A stretch of DNA of 64,000 nt from an uncultured Gammaproteobacteria bacterium (GTDB lineage Bacteria > Patescibacteriota > Patescibacteriia > 2-01-FULL-39-33), in assembly GCA_964536975.1 (NCBI GenBank), contig CAZHYS010000001.1, positions 34,329 to 98,328 on the forward strand. The letters are read 5' to 3'. Position numbers and translations under genes: made by a program. The notes beneath the pieces were generated by a model, which saw nothing but the letters and a program-made list of their open reading frames with translations, was not told the DNA's origin and did not search any database. Below are positions 9,864 to 20,123 of this stretch, piece after piece (within the stretch, counting starts at the first letter, position 1; each line of letters starts with the position of its first letter).

Positions 9864-10751
9864 ATGGCCTATCTATTGAAAATATTTTTTAAAAAAGGGC
9901 TCAAGGAGCCGGGCAAGATTGTCGCCAACCTGAAGAATGTTTACCGTAATTTTTTTGTTGGCACGATGGTTGTTTCCTATCCCAAAACCGGCCGAACCTG
10001 GTTCCGGGTAATGCTGGGGAAATTTTTGGCGGACACCTACGCGCTTGATTCTGGTTTGCTGCTAAAAACTTATGAGCTTTCCCGAGCCGCCAAATTAGCG
10101 CCGATTAATTTTTCCCACGGCGGACGGTTTAATTTGATGGATGGCGGAGATTGGAAAAAGCTGCGGTTTAATCGGCGGTTATACCGGAATAAAAAAGTGA
10201 TTTTTATTATCCGCGATATCAGGGATACGCTGGTCTCTTCCTTTTTTCAAGAGAGCAAGCGCAACAAGGTATACGGCGGCGATATTAAGGATTTCTTGCG
10301 GGATGATAATTTGGGCATCAAAAAAATCATTTCTTTTTACCGCCTTTGGTTCAAGAATCAAAATCAGCCGAAAGCGTTTCTGCTTTTGCGATACGAGGAG
10401 ATGAGAAAAAATCCGGCTCTATCTCTCCGCCAGGCGGCGGAATTCATCGGTGTCGGCAATATCAGCGAAGAGAATATCGCGGCGGCGGTTGATTTTGCTT
10501 CTTTTGAAAATATGAAAAAAATGGAATCCCAGAGCGAGTTCAATGACAGTATGCTAAAGACCGGCCAGAGCGGTGACAGTGAAGCGTCCAAGGTGAGAAA
10601 AGGGAAAATCGGCGGTTTCAAAGAATATTTGGATGAAGACGACTTGCGTTTTATTGACGAGGCCTTAAGAGAACAGGCGGCGGAGGATTGCGATTGGTAT
10701 TTTTATCAAGAAAATAATCACGATGAATCAAATGGAACAGACAAATTATAA
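9864..10751 (+). CDS. PAPS-dependent sulfotransferase
   Basis: 5'-PSB-like motif 'YPKTGRTWFRVML' and 3'-PB-like 'RDIRDTLVSSF'; about 295 aa. Confidence 0.7.
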   Translation: MAYLLKIFFKKGLKEPGKIVANLKNVYRNFFVGTMVVSYPKTGRTWFRVMLGKFLADTYALDSGLLLKTYELSRAAKLAPINFSHGGRFNLMDGGDWKKLRFNRRLYRNKKVIFIIRDIRDTLVSSFFQESKRNKVYGGDIKDFLRDDNLGIKKIISFYRLWFKNQNQPKAFLLLRYEEMRKNPALSLRQAAEFIGVGNISEENIAAAVDFASFENMKKMESQSEFNDSMLKTGQSGDSEASKVRKGKIGGFKEYLDEDDLRFIDEALREQAAEDCDWYFYQENNHDESNGTDKL

Positions 10752-11427
10752 TACCTTTTCTTCGTCCTTGGCGCAGAAAGAATATGATAAATCATATCTC
10801 AAGGATTATGAGAAGATTGTTTTGAAAAAATATTTTCGGCCGGGGATGAAGGTGCTGGATCTTGGTTGCGGTGCCGGTCGGACAACGCAATTTATTAAGG
10901 ATTTTGGCTGTGAAGTGATTGGAGTAGATATTTCCAGGGAGCTTATTGATTTGGCCAAGGTCAGATATCCGAATATTGATTTTCGCGTCGGCAACGCCGC
11001 TGCTCTTGATTTTTCGCCCGATTGCTTTGATATTGTTTTCTTTTCTTTTAACGGGATTGATTACCTCTATCCCAGGGAAAGGCGGTTGGCGGCGGTTGGC
11101 GATATTGGGAGAGTCTTGAAAAAAGGCGGGTTGTTTATTTATTCGTCTCATAACAAATTCAATCTGCCTCGCAATGGTTTTGCCGTTAAGACTTTTTTGG
11201 AAAATATTTTTACGCTTAAAATATTTGGCGACTATCGGCTTGAACGGCATGCCATGGGTGATTTGGTTACTTATTATGGCAGTGTTCAAAGCGAAAATAG
11301 CGACTTAAAAAAAAAGAACTTTTTGCTGCTTGAAGCGATTGGAGTGGGCCGTTTTCGTAAAATAAAAAACAGATTTTTACTTTCTTTTTTTTCCAAACAC
11401 ATAATGTATATCGCTAAAAAATCATGA
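10723..11427 (+). CDS. Class I SAM-dependent methyltransferase
   Basis: Motif I 'VLDLGCGAGRTTQFI', motif II 'IVFFSFNGIDY'. Confidence 0.75.
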   Translation: MNQMEQTNYNTFSSSLAQKEYDKSYLKDYEKIVLKKYFRPGMKVLDLGCGAGRTTQFIKDFGCEVIGVDISRELIDLAKVRYPNIDFRVGNAAALDFSPDCFDIVFFSFNGIDYLYPRERRLAAVGDIGRVLKKGGLFIYSSHNKFNLPRNGFAVKTFLENIFTLKIFGDYRLERHAMGDLVTYYGSVQSENSDLKKKNFLLLEAIGVGRFRKIKNRFLLSFFSKHIMYIAKKS

Positions 11428-13490
11428 TTTTTGAAAAGAAAAAATTATTTTGGCGCTCCATTCGTTATATTTTAGAACCCTGGCCCGACTGGGAAGCTCT
11501 GAAAAAGAAATATTCGGCTATTTTTATTTTGAGCTATGACAAAAAAGAATTGGCCGGTTTTTCCGTCAAGGAGAAACAAACGCCGGTAATCTATTTGGAC
11601 AAAAGCCTGGAAGAAATTTTTCACGACTTCAATGATACGACCAGGAACGAAATCAGAAAAACTCTGGACGATAAGATAAAAGATTTGAGGTTTGTCAGCG
11701 ACGATTCCGATTTGGCGGCTAATTACCGCCTTAGCCGAGATTTTGAAAAAAGCCAAGGCCGCCGGCCCGATCCCATCAGCCAATATCGCGGTTGCAAGAT
11801 TTTTTCCGCGTATTACCGGGATGAATTAATTTCCAGTGTCATTTGTTTTGACGCGGATAGGGTATTGCGAGCCAAGGCCATTTGTTCCAGGCGCTTGACG
11901 GTTGAGGACAAAGAAAAATATAAGATAATTTCCCACGCGACTAGGCGGCTTATTTATGAAATTTGCCGCTTTGGCTGGGAAAATGGCTATGAACTGGTCG
12001 ATCTCGGCTCGGTTAATTTCAACAAGCCGAATTTGGCGAAATTTAAAATGAGCTTCACCAGCGACCTGAAGCCGGAGCATACTTATACCTGGAAGAGCCG
12101 ACAATTTTTAATTTATGAGCGAATGACAAAATTTTTTAAAAAAATAAAATCACTCCCGATTAAATTGTTGAATATCAGGAAGAAGAAATTTGTAAAAGAC
12201 GCCGCTGTCCTTCAGGTTGGCTCATTTTTTTCCACCGGACTTTCTTTCTTGGCGTCAATCGTTTATGCGCGAATCTTAGGCATTGACGGTTACGCTGATT
12301 ACTCCTTGATTTTCATTTTTGTGGGCGTAATCAGCATTTTTATGGATTGGGGAACCAACCAGACTACGATTATGTTTTTGGCCGAAGCCTATGCCCAGGG
12401 CGACCGGAAGAAGTTTCTTGATGTCTTGTCGTATTATATAAAATTGACTCTGGCTATTTCTCTGGTTGTCGGCGTGGCGATAGTGGCTGTTTCGCCGCTA
12501 CTCACCGGCCGTTTTTACAATAGCCGGGAAATCGGCAATCTTGCCAGAGTGATTATTTTGTCGGATGTTTTGAAGGTTTTCTTTGGCATGTATACCATTG
12601 TTCTTCAGGCGGTTAGAAGAATAAAAAAGCTTACAGTGGTTGAAAATATAAATAAGATATTTTATGTCGCCATACCGGCAACCCTGGTTATTTTTGGTTT
12701 TGGGTTGCGGGGATTGGTTTGGGGCCATTTATTGAACGCGGCGATTTTTGCCGTTTTCGCCTGGGTGGCTTATGCCCGGCTATGCCGTCAGGATAATTTT
12801 TTGCCGGCGTGGCGCAAGATTATCTCTAATCGAGTAGAAATAAAAAGATTCATTTATTTTTTTAAATTCGGTTTCCTGATTGCCGTGGATAAGAATTTGG
12901 GAAGTTTGTATTCAACCTTGCCATTGTTCTTCCTTGGTATGTTTAATAAAGAAGCTGTCGCCTGGGTCAAAATCGCCATTGCTTATGCCGGCCTTCCCCT
13001 GATGCTCATTGGTCCCATTTCCCGCCTCCTAATGGTCCAGTTGCCAAAATCAAAAGTTTACAGTCTGGCAATTTTGAAGCGCGATTTTATTCGCTCGGCC
13101 TTAGGCAGCGTGGCCATTTGTTTTGTCGTCGCCGTAATGTTGATGCCCTTGGCTCAATTTTTAGTTCCCTTGGTCTATGGCCAAGAATATTTGCCGGCGG
13201 TTAATTTTTCCTATTTATTTTTAGTTGCTTCAATCGTGACGGCGCTTGGTGTTGGCAGTGGCTCTCTTTTTAGGGTTTTGCATCTAATGAAAAAATCCAT
13301 CGCCATCAACATTGCTTTACTTGCCGCCGGCTCGGCAATCACCATTTATTTTTTAATAGAGTTGCCTTTATCTTTGTCCATTTGTGCTGTTGCGTTGTGG
13401 TTGCCCTTGGCGACATTGGTGGTTTTCACTTATTTGACCAGAAAATTAAATAAAATGATAAAAGCCGGCCAAGAAGAAGTCATTCACTAA
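11424..13490 (+). CDS. FemAB/GNAT-fold acyltransferase-like N-terminal domain fused to Wzx/MOP-type polysaccharide flippase
   Basis: N-terminal about 250 aa soluble domain; C-terminal about 430 aa with about 12 TM helices typical of 'polysaccharide biosynthesis protein' (Wzx) family. Confidence 0.5.
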   Translation: MIFEKKKLFWRSIRYILEPWPDWEALKKKYSAIFILSYDKKELAGFSVKEKQTPVIYLDKSLEEIFHDFNDTTRNEIRKTLDDKIKDLRFVSDDSDLAANYRLSRDFEKSQGRRPDPISQYRGCKIFSAYYRDELISSVICFDADRVLRAKAICSRRLTVEDKEKYKIISHATRRLIYEICRFGWENGYELVDLGSVNFNKPNLAKFKMSFTSDLKPEHTYTWKSRQFLIYERMTKFFKKIKSLPIKLLNIRKKKFVKDAAVLQVGSFFSTGLSFLASIVYARILGIDGYADYSLIFIFVGVISIFMDWGTNQTTIMFLAEAYAQGDRKKFLDVLSYYIKLTLAISLVVGVAIVAVSPLLTGRFYNSREIGNLARVIILSDVLKVFFGMYTIVLQAVRRIKKLTVVENINKIFYVAIPATLVIFGFGLRGLVWGHLLNAAIFAVFAWVAYARLCRQDNFLPAWRKIISNRVEIKRFIYFFKFGFLIAVDKNLGSLYSTLPLFFLGMFNKEAVAWVKIAIAYAGLPLMLIGPISRLLMVQLPKSKVYSLAILKRDFIRSALGSVAICFVVAVMLMPLAQFLVPLVYGQEYLPAVNFSYLFLVASIVTALGVGSGSLFRVLHLMKKSIAINIALLAAGSAITIYFLIELPLSLSICAVALWLPLATLVVFTYLTRKLNKMIKAGQEEVIH

Positions 13491-13500
13491 TTAAGTTTTT

Positions 13501-14910
13501 TTGATTATGCCCGAAGCGATACTTATTAACCGACCGCTACACCTGGATAAAAGATTGCCGATCCCCAGTCGAAAATGGCAGCCTTTGGATTTGCTTTACG
13601 TTGGCACTTTTTTGAAAAATAACGGCCTGACGGTGGAAATTATTGACGCCAGGGCGCTTGATTATTCGGTGGCAGATATAAAAAGAATATTAGCCCAAAA
13701 GCAGCCGAAAATTGTTTTAATCGCCAGCGATCCCTATGATCTTTATCAATGCCCCAGTATTTTAATGGATAGCTTTTATCAAACCATTGAAGCGGTTCAG
13801 CAGACGCCGTCAGTCAAGCATATTTTAGCAATCGGTCCGCAAGCCGCCATATTTGATCAGGAATTATTAAACAAGACTGCCCTTGGCTATATCATCAAAG
13901 GCAACAACCCAATCGCCGCCGCTAATTTGATTCTTGATTTAAGCAAGAATCAACTTGATGATTTGGCCGGTAAATATGCCAATTTGAGCTGCAAAAAAAT
14001 AGACGGGACTGTAAATATCGGCGTCCTGCAGAATCTGGAGGATTTGGATAAATTGCCGATCGGGGATTATTCCTTATTGCCGATGGAAAAATATAGCCCG
14101 CGGATGGAATTTTTTCGGCCGGATAATTTTTCCATAATGTTTACCAGTTGCGGTTGTCCTTATAATTGCAAGTTTTGCTTCAAGGAATTAATCGGTTCAA
14201 AAGTAAATTCAATGAGCTTGCCGAGATTTAAGCAGGAGCTGGATGTTTTGGTTGGGGAGTATTTCATAAAGAATATTTATTTTATTGACGACTTTTTTAC
14301 CTTTGATCGCGAACGTGTCAAGCAGATCTGCCGGATAATCAAAGAAGAGAACGCCGATATCCAATGGGGGTGTCAAACTCGGCCGGAAAGAGTGGATGAG
14401 GAGTTGTTAAAAATAATGAAGGACAGCGGCTGCATTTATATCTCTTACGGCATTGAGAGCGGCAGCCAGGCGATTGTTTCCTCCAGCGGCAAGGGGTTAA
14501 ATCTTGAAGAAGCCGCCAAGAATTATAAGCTGACAAAAAAAATCGGCATTGAGGCTCACAGCAATATGATGTATGGCTATCCCGAGGAAACAGCCAAGGA
14601 TTTCAACCAGACCATTGATTTGCAGATCGAGCTCAACGATTTTTCCTTTCCTTGCGGTCTTTGCTTTTTTCCCCAAACAAAATATTATAACGAGCTGCTG
14701 CCGGGGAAAAGCCCGGAAGAGGCGCGAAAAATATCGGTTGATTTGGGACTAAGCCGGTTAACGCGCGAGACCATTGAGGCGGGATTGGCAAAGTTGGTTT
14801 TCTTTAAAAGGATTAGGGAGAAAAAAATAGATTTCAAAACTTTTTATTTTTTGTTAAAATATATTTTTCCGGCATTGGTTAAAAAAACTAAACAGCTTAT
14901 TAAAAAATAA
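13501..14910 (+). CDS. B12-binding domain radical SAM protein
   Basis: N-terminal Rossmann-like B12-binding region; CxxxCxxC 'CPYNCKFC' radical SAM motif. Confidence 0.75.
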   Translation: MIMPEAILINRPLHLDKRLPIPSRKWQPLDLLYVGTFLKNNGLTVEIIDARALDYSVADIKRILAQKQPKIVLIASDPYDLYQCPSILMDSFYQTIEAVQQTPSVKHILAIGPQAAIFDQELLNKTALGYIIKGNNPIAAANLILDLSKNQLDDLAGKYANLSCKKIDGTVNIGVLQNLEDLDKLPIGDYSLLPMEKYSPRMEFFRPDNFSIMFTSCGCPYNCKFCFKELIGSKVNSMSLPRFKQELDVLVGEYFIKNIYFIDDFFTFDRERVKQICRIIKEENADIQWGCQTRPERVDEELLKIMKDSGCIYISYGIESGSQAIVSSSGKGLNLEEAAKNYKLTKKIGIEAHSNMMYGYPEETAKDFNQTIDLQIELNDFSFPCGLCFFPQTKYYNELLPGKSPEEARKISVDLGLSRLTRETIEAGLAKLVFFKRIREKKIDFKTFYFLLKYIFPALVKKTKQLIKK

Positions 14911-14914
14911 AGTT

Positions 14915-15568
14915 ATGTATATTCCCCAACCGGATAGGATTCTGCTAAAAGAACAAATCAAGAAATACGCGCGCCATATTCATGGCCGGGTGCTGGATGT
15001 CGGCGCCGGCGGTTTTAGCCGTTATCAAAATTTTTTTGATTACAGCCAGTATGTTAAAATGGATGTTTTTGAAGACAAAAATATTGACGTGGTCGGATCG
15101 GCGGATGATATTCCTTTTGTCGACGAGAGCTTTGACTCAATTATTTCAACCCAAGTCCTAGAAGACGTTAAGGATATTTTCAAATCAGCGCGAGAATTTT
15201 ATAGGGTTTTAAAACCGGGCGGCACCGCTTTGATTACCACTACCTTTCTGGTTTCGGTCTGCGATGAGCCGGATAATTTTTGGCGCTTTACCGGTTATGG
15301 CTTGGAATACTTATACAAGAATACCGGGTTTGAGATTGTAGCCAAAGAAAGACGGGGCGGATTTTTTTCCGTCCGGGCGCAAAGCAATCTGCGCTATCTG
15401 ATTGAGAGGCTTAATTTGTATTCTCATCGGTGGACAAAAGTTTTTAATCCGGTATTTAAAGCATACGGTTTGATTGCCATTTGGTTGGACAAAATTGATC
15501 GCAGTCCCGTTAACCAGAAATTTTCGCTTGGCTGGGGGATTGTAATAAGAAAACCGGAGTTAAAATAA
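14915..15568 (+). CDS. Class I SAM-dependent methyltransferase
   Basis: 'VLDVGAGG' motif I, 'LKPGGTALI' post-I. Confidence 0.7.
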   Translation: MYIPQPDRILLKEQIKKYARHIHGRVLDVGAGGFSRYQNFFDYSQYVKMDVFEDKNIDVVGSADDIPFVDESFDSIISTQVLEDVKDIFKSAREFYRVLKPGGTALITTTFLVSVCDEPDNFWRFTGYGLEYLYKNTGFEIVAKERRGGFFSVRAQSNLRYLIERLNLYSHRWTKVFNPVFKAYGLIAIWLDKIDRSPVNQKFSLGWGIVIRKPELK

Positions 15569-15576
15569 AATATTTT

Positions 15577-16335
15577 GTGACAAATTCAAAAATAATTTTT
15601 ACCACCAGTTGGGACGACGGCCATGTCCTGGATTTGAGATTGGCTGATTTGCTTGACCGTTACGGCATCAAGGGCACTTTTTATATCGCTCGCGAAACCA
15701 AGGATCGTTTGAGCGAGAACGATATAAAAAATATCGCCGCTCGCCATGAAATCGGCGCGCATACCATCACCCACCGCAATTTAAATGAGATTTCTATTAC
15801 TGAAGCAGGGCAGGAAATTAATGAGTCAAAAGAATGGCTGGAGGGGGTTGTCGGATCCGCGCCAAAAGTTTTTTGTTATCCGCGAGGGAGCTACAACGAG
15901 GAAGTGAAAAAAATAGTTCAAGCGGCAGGATTTGTCGGCGCGAGGACAGTTGAAAGAAATATCGGTTCCGGCGGTGATAACTTCGCCCTGCCGGTCACTT
16001 TGCAGGTTTATCCTTTTCCTTGGCGGATGAGGGATAGCCGCCGTCTCCATCTGTCGCGGCATCTTTGGGAACCGCTTTTTGGCCACCGGAGCCAGATTAA
16101 AAATCTTTCCTTGCCAATGACAAGCTGGCTAAATTGGAACGCGCTGGCGGAAAATATTTTATTATCACCAAATAATGGCAGCTATTTCCACTTATGGGGA
16201 CACTCATGGGAGATTGAGAAGTACGACCTTTGGGAGAAATTGGAAAAATTTTTACAGTTTGCCGCCAACCGGAAAGAAATTATTTTTTTGACCAACAGTG
16301 AAACAGTAGAATATTATGAAAATTTTAATTCTTAG
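15577..16335 (+). CDS. Polysaccharide deacetylase (NodB family), GTG start
   Basis: 'FTTSWDDGHVLDLRLADLLDRYGIKGTFYI', 'HTITHRNL'. Confidence 0.75.
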   Translation: MTNSKIIFTTSWDDGHVLDLRLADLLDRYGIKGTFYIARETKDRLSENDIKNIAARHEIGAHTITHRNLNEISITEAGQEINESKEWLEGVVGSAPKVFCYPRGSYNEEVKKIVQAAGFVGARTVERNIGSGGDNFALPVTLQVYPFPWRMRDSRRLHLSRHLWEPLFGHRSQIKNLSLPMTSWLNWNALAENILLSPNNGSYFHLWGHSWEIEKYDLWEKLEKFLQFAANRKEIIFLTNSETVEYYENFNS

Positions 16336-17557
16336 CGACGGTTTTCCGCCGGCTGGCGGCGGTGGAGCCGAAATAATCGCCCTTCGTTTTTCCCAAGGCC
16401 TGATCGCTTCCGGCCATGAGGTAAAAGTTTTTTCCACTTGCCAGCAGCCAGCGGCGGCGGGGCAAACTGTTGTTGATGGCGTTGAGGTGATTCGTCATTA
16501 TTGCGATTATGATTTACGTTGGCGCGGTATTGTAGCCTTGAAAAACAAAAGATGCCTCAAGCCACTAAACAATTTATTGGCTGATTATCGGCCGGATATC
16601 GTCCACGCTCATAATGTCCACGCGTATATTTCTTACGCTTCTTTGAAGTTGGCCAAAAAAAAAGGAGCCAAGGTTTTTCTGACCGCTCATGACGTTGACG
16701 CTTTCCATCAGGACAAGTTTTTTTCTTTCATTGACCAGTTGAATCCGTCTGTTCCAAAGACTTTTAATTATCGTTTGGGTTTTTGGGAAAGTCTGCGGCA
16801 GTTGAAAAAAACAAAAAATCCTTTGCGTAATTTGATGGTTAGACATTATCTGTCTTTTGTTGACAAAATTTTTTCGGTCAGTGAGGCGCTCAAGGAGGCC
16901 TTGACGCAAAATGGCATCAAAAATACAGAAGTGGTTTATAACGGTTTCGCGCCGATGTCGCTGGTCAAAAATGCTAGGGAAACAGTTGGCGTTAAGTATG
17001 GTTTGGGAGTGGGGACAGGCATAATATTTATGGCGGGCCGTTTCGGTAGTTTGAAGGGCGGCAATTTATTGGTGCCGTTAATAAAAGCGCTTAAAGAGCG
17101 GGGAAACGACTTTGTGATGGCGGTGGCAGCCAAAAAAGGCGGCTACAGTGAAAAAATAATGGCTCAAGCAGAAAAAGAAGGCTTGTCTCATCAGTTGCTT
17201 TTTACTGGCTGGCTTCATGAGGACGCCTTGGCCGAATGGTATTCGGCCTGCGATATTTGTCTGGTCCCTTCGGTTTGCTTTGATTCTTTCCCCAATAATA
17301 ATCTAGAGGCGATGGCTTATGGCAAGCCGGTAGTCGGCACTTGTTTTGGTGGAACCAGAGAGGCGGTTGTTGATGGACAAACTGGCTTCATTGTCAATCC
17401 TTATGACATAGAAAAAATGGCCGAGATAATAAGCGGAATTTTGGTGGATAAAAATAAGGCGCGCCAGTTGGGTGCGGCCGGGTACCAGAGATGGAAAGAT
17501 AATTTTACCCTTGATAAACAAGTAGCTCGGACACTGGAGTTTTACTCTAATTCGTAA
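16316..17557 (+). CDS. GT4 glycosyltransferase
   Basis: GT-B fold, EX7E region 'FPNNNLEAMAYGKPVV', 'GGAEI' N-terminal motif. Confidence 0.8.
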   Translation: MKILILSDGFPPAGGGGAEIIALRFSQGLIASGHEVKVFSTCQQPAAAGQTVVDGVEVIRHYCDYDLRWRGIVALKNKRCLKPLNNLLADYRPDIVHAHNVHAYISYASLKLAKKKGAKVFLTAHDVDAFHQDKFFSFIDQLNPSVPKTFNYRLGFWESLRQLKKTKNPLRNLMVRHYLSFVDKIFSVSEALKEALTQNGIKNTEVVYNGFAPMSLVKNARETVGVKYGLGVGTGIIFMAGRFGSLKGGNLLVPLIKALKERGNDFVMAVAAKKGGYSEKIMAQAEKEGLSHQLLFTGWLHEDALAEWYSACDICLVPSVCFDSFPNNNLEAMAYGKPVVGTCFGGTREAVVDGQTGFIVNPYDIEKMAEIISGILVDKNKARQLGAAGYQRWKDNFTLDKQVARTLEFYSNS

Positions 17558-18624
17558 TTTTTCAGATAGTCAGTGGCGGCCTTTTGCCAAGTGAAATTTT
17601 CAGCGAATTTTTTAGCCGCCGTGCCCATGCTTTTTTTCTTTTCTTCATCTGTCAAGATGGAGATTATTTTTTCTGCCAGAATTTCGGCGTTATTTTGTTC
17701 TATTAGGTAGCCAGTTTGATTATCAATGATTGCGTCTTCGGCACCGCAATTTTTTGAGCCGATTGCCGGCACGCCAAATAAACCCGCTTCAATATAGCTG
17801 AGGCCGAAACCTTCAAAGTGCCGGCCGTCATTAATTGACGGCATGATATAAAGCGACGCATGACGATAAATCTCCGCCAGTTTGTCATCACCGATGTCAC
17901 TAAACCAAATGACGTCATCAGCGAGACCATTGTCGTCGATTATTTGTTGCAATTTCTCGCGGTATGGTTTGTTGAATTGGTAGCCGACGATAACATACTT
18001 AAGAAAGGGGATTACTTTTTTAACCGCCGTCAAAGCGGTCAGTGAGATATGGTATCCCTTTCTCGGCTTGACATCACCAACAGTCAAAAGATAATTTTCT
18101 GGCAAGTTTAATTCGGAAGAAGATAAAGACAGGATGTTATTTTCCACTCCCAAGTGAACCACAGCGATATTGTTCAGCTCAAATTTTTGGCGAACCCTTT
18201 CCGCGGTATATCGGCTGATAGCAAAGATTTTTTGCGAGTTCCTAAGGGATTTTTTCATCAGCCACGACAGAAAAAAATTTTTTCCCGGGGTGATACTGTA
18301 TGTGCCAATGGCGCTTATAAAAAATTTTTTGCCCTTGCCAACGGTTGCCAACCAAGCGATAATGCCATAAGGATAAACATCTAAAGCGTGTACAACATCA
18401 AATGATTTGGCGACTTTTCTGATCACCAAAGCATTTTTAAGCAGTGCCACAATTGATCGCCAACTTTTTCCAGTCGCCAAAGCAAAATCGCCACTGTTAT
18501 CTTCGGCGGCGATTTTTACTTCCTGGCTGGTTTGTTTTTTTAATTCAGCGGATATTTTAGCTGAATATCTGGCCCAGCCGCCATAGCCATCGCGAATTGA
18601 ATAGGTGATAATCAATATTTTCAT
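17542..18624 (-). CDS. GT4 glycosyltransferase
   Basis: 'GGWARY' N-terminus, 'EGFGLSYIEAGLFGVPAIGS' EX7E region. Confidence 0.8.
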   Translation of the reverse strand: MKILIITYSIRDGYGGWARYSAKISAELKKQTSQEVKIAAEDNSGDFALATGKSWRSIVALLKNALVIRKVAKSFDVVHALDVYPYGIIAWLATVGKGKKFFISAIGTYSITPGKNFFLSWLMKKSLRNSQKIFAISRYTAERVRQKFELNNIAVVHLGVENNILSLSSSELNLPENYLLTVGDVKPRKGYHISLTALTAVKKVIPFLKYVIVGYQFNKPYREKLQQIIDDNGLADDVIWFSDIGDDKLAEIYRHASLYIMPSINDGRHFEGFGLSYIEAGLFGVPAIGSKNCGAEDAIIDNQTGYLIEQNNAEILAEKIISILTDEEKKKSMGTAAKKFAENFTWQKAATDYLKNYELE

Positions 18625-18683
18625 AATCCATCTGCGATTTAAGTTGCCGCTCCGCCGAACGGTCGGCTGCGGTAATTTTATAT

Positions 18684-20021
18684 TTACTGTCCTTTGCCAC
18701 CCAAAACAACCTTGATGGTTTTGAGCATTATACTGGTATCGAGAAAGAGGGAACGATTTTTCAGATAATACAAATCGTATTTTATTTTTTCCAGGGTTTC
18801 CTCTTTTGAACCGCCATAGCTGGGGCCGTTCAGCTGCGCCCAGCCGGTTAGCCCCGGTTTCACCAGTAGCCGTTCCCGATAGAAGGGGATTTCCTTTTCC
18901 AGTATTTCAATAAACTCCGGCCGTTCCGGACGCGGGCCGACAAAACTCATTTCGCCGCGCAAGACATTAAGAAGCTGCGGAATTTCATCAATTCTTGTTT
19001 TGCGCATCAGCCGGCCGAAGCGGGTGATGCGGGGGTCGTCCTTGATCGCCCATTGTGGCCCGTTTTTCTCCGCGCCAACAATCATGGAGCGGAATTTTAC
19101 CGCCAAAAACGGCTGGCCATTTTTGCCTGTGCGGACTTGTTTGAATAATACCGGTCCAGAGCCGTCAAATTTGATTAATAGAGCAATAAACGGTAGAAAT
19201 GGAGAGGTAGCAATAAGTCCCAGGGATGCTAAAATAATATCAAAAAATCTTTTTATAATTTCGTAATTTTTTTTGGAATGTTCTGAGAGATTTTCCAGGA
19301 ACCAGCCGTGTTCGATATTTTCAATAGGAATTTTATTGGTTACCTGTTCATAGAGTCCGCTGATATTGCAGACGGTAATGCCCAAAGCAAAGCAGCCGAA
19401 TATTTTTTTTATCACCTCCTGGTTGTTTTTAAACTCATCCTCGCCAGCCAGAATATCAATATTATTTTTCCGGCAGTATACTTCCAGATTGTCTGGTAGG
19501 GTAGGAATGATTTCCGCGCTGTAACCCAATTGCGGCCTTTTTTGAATTTCCGCCGCCAGAAGCTTGGCCAGTGGCGAATCGCCGACAATCAGAACTTTAT
19601 TGGTGATGGCCGTTGATTTTATAAAGTTGTAAAAAATTGTTCGCCAGCCGAATAGTAGAATTAAAGAAGCGGCCACCTGGATTATTAATACTCGTTGTGG
19701 CCTGATACTATCCAGAAACGGCGTGAAGAAATAAAACATTGCCACCGCAATAAATAAATTTACGGCAAACAACTTAATAATAGTATTAGCCAGATTGCTG
19801 GCATTATAACTTATCTTCAAATCATAAAAATCATTAATAAAGAACACTATTAGCCAGACAATAAAAACCAAAGAAAACGGCTTTAGATGCCTGTCCCAAT
19901 TGCCGCTTAGGCTGTCTGATCCGTAACGTAGGATTAGGGTCAGCCACAAAGCCAAATAAAGGAAAATAACGTCCCCGATTAGCAAGATTATTTTTTTTGT
20001 TTTGATGATAAAATCGGACAT
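18684..20021 (-). CDS. Priming polyprenyl-phosphate sugar phosphotransferase (WbaP/bacterial sugar transferase family)
   Basis: N-terminal TM helices, CoA-binding-like middle region, C-terminus 'KFRSM...PQLLNVLRGEMSFVGPRPE...VKPGLTGWAQLNG'. Confidence 0.8.
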   Translation of the reverse strand: MSDFIIKTKKIILLIGDVIFLYLALWLTLILRYGSDSLSGNWDRHLKPFSLVFIVWLIVFFINDFYDLKISYNASNLANTIIKLFAVNLFIAVAMFYFFTPFLDSIRPQRVLIIQVAASLILLFGWRTIFYNFIKSTAITNKVLIVGDSPLAKLLAAEIQKRPQLGYSAEIIPTLPDNLEVYCRKNNIDILAGEDEFKNNQEVIKKIFGCFALGITVCNISGLYEQVTNKIPIENIEHGWFLENLSEHSKKNYEIIKRFFDIILASLGLIATSPFLPFIALLIKFDGSGPVLFKQVRTGKNGQPFLAVKFRSMIVGAEKNGPQWAIKDDPRITRFGRLMRKTRIDEIPQLLNVLRGEMSFVGPRPERPEFIEILEKEIPFYRERLLVKPGLTGWAQLNGPSYGGSKEETLEKIKYDLYYLKNRSLFLDTSIMLKTIKVVLGGKGQ

Positions 20022-20123
20022 AGTAAAAAAAGTAATTATTTAAAGGATACAATAAAATTGAAAAAAAATCAAGTTTTTTCGTCACTTCCTTTTTCGGGTT
20101 TTTTGTGATAAAATTGCCAAGTA

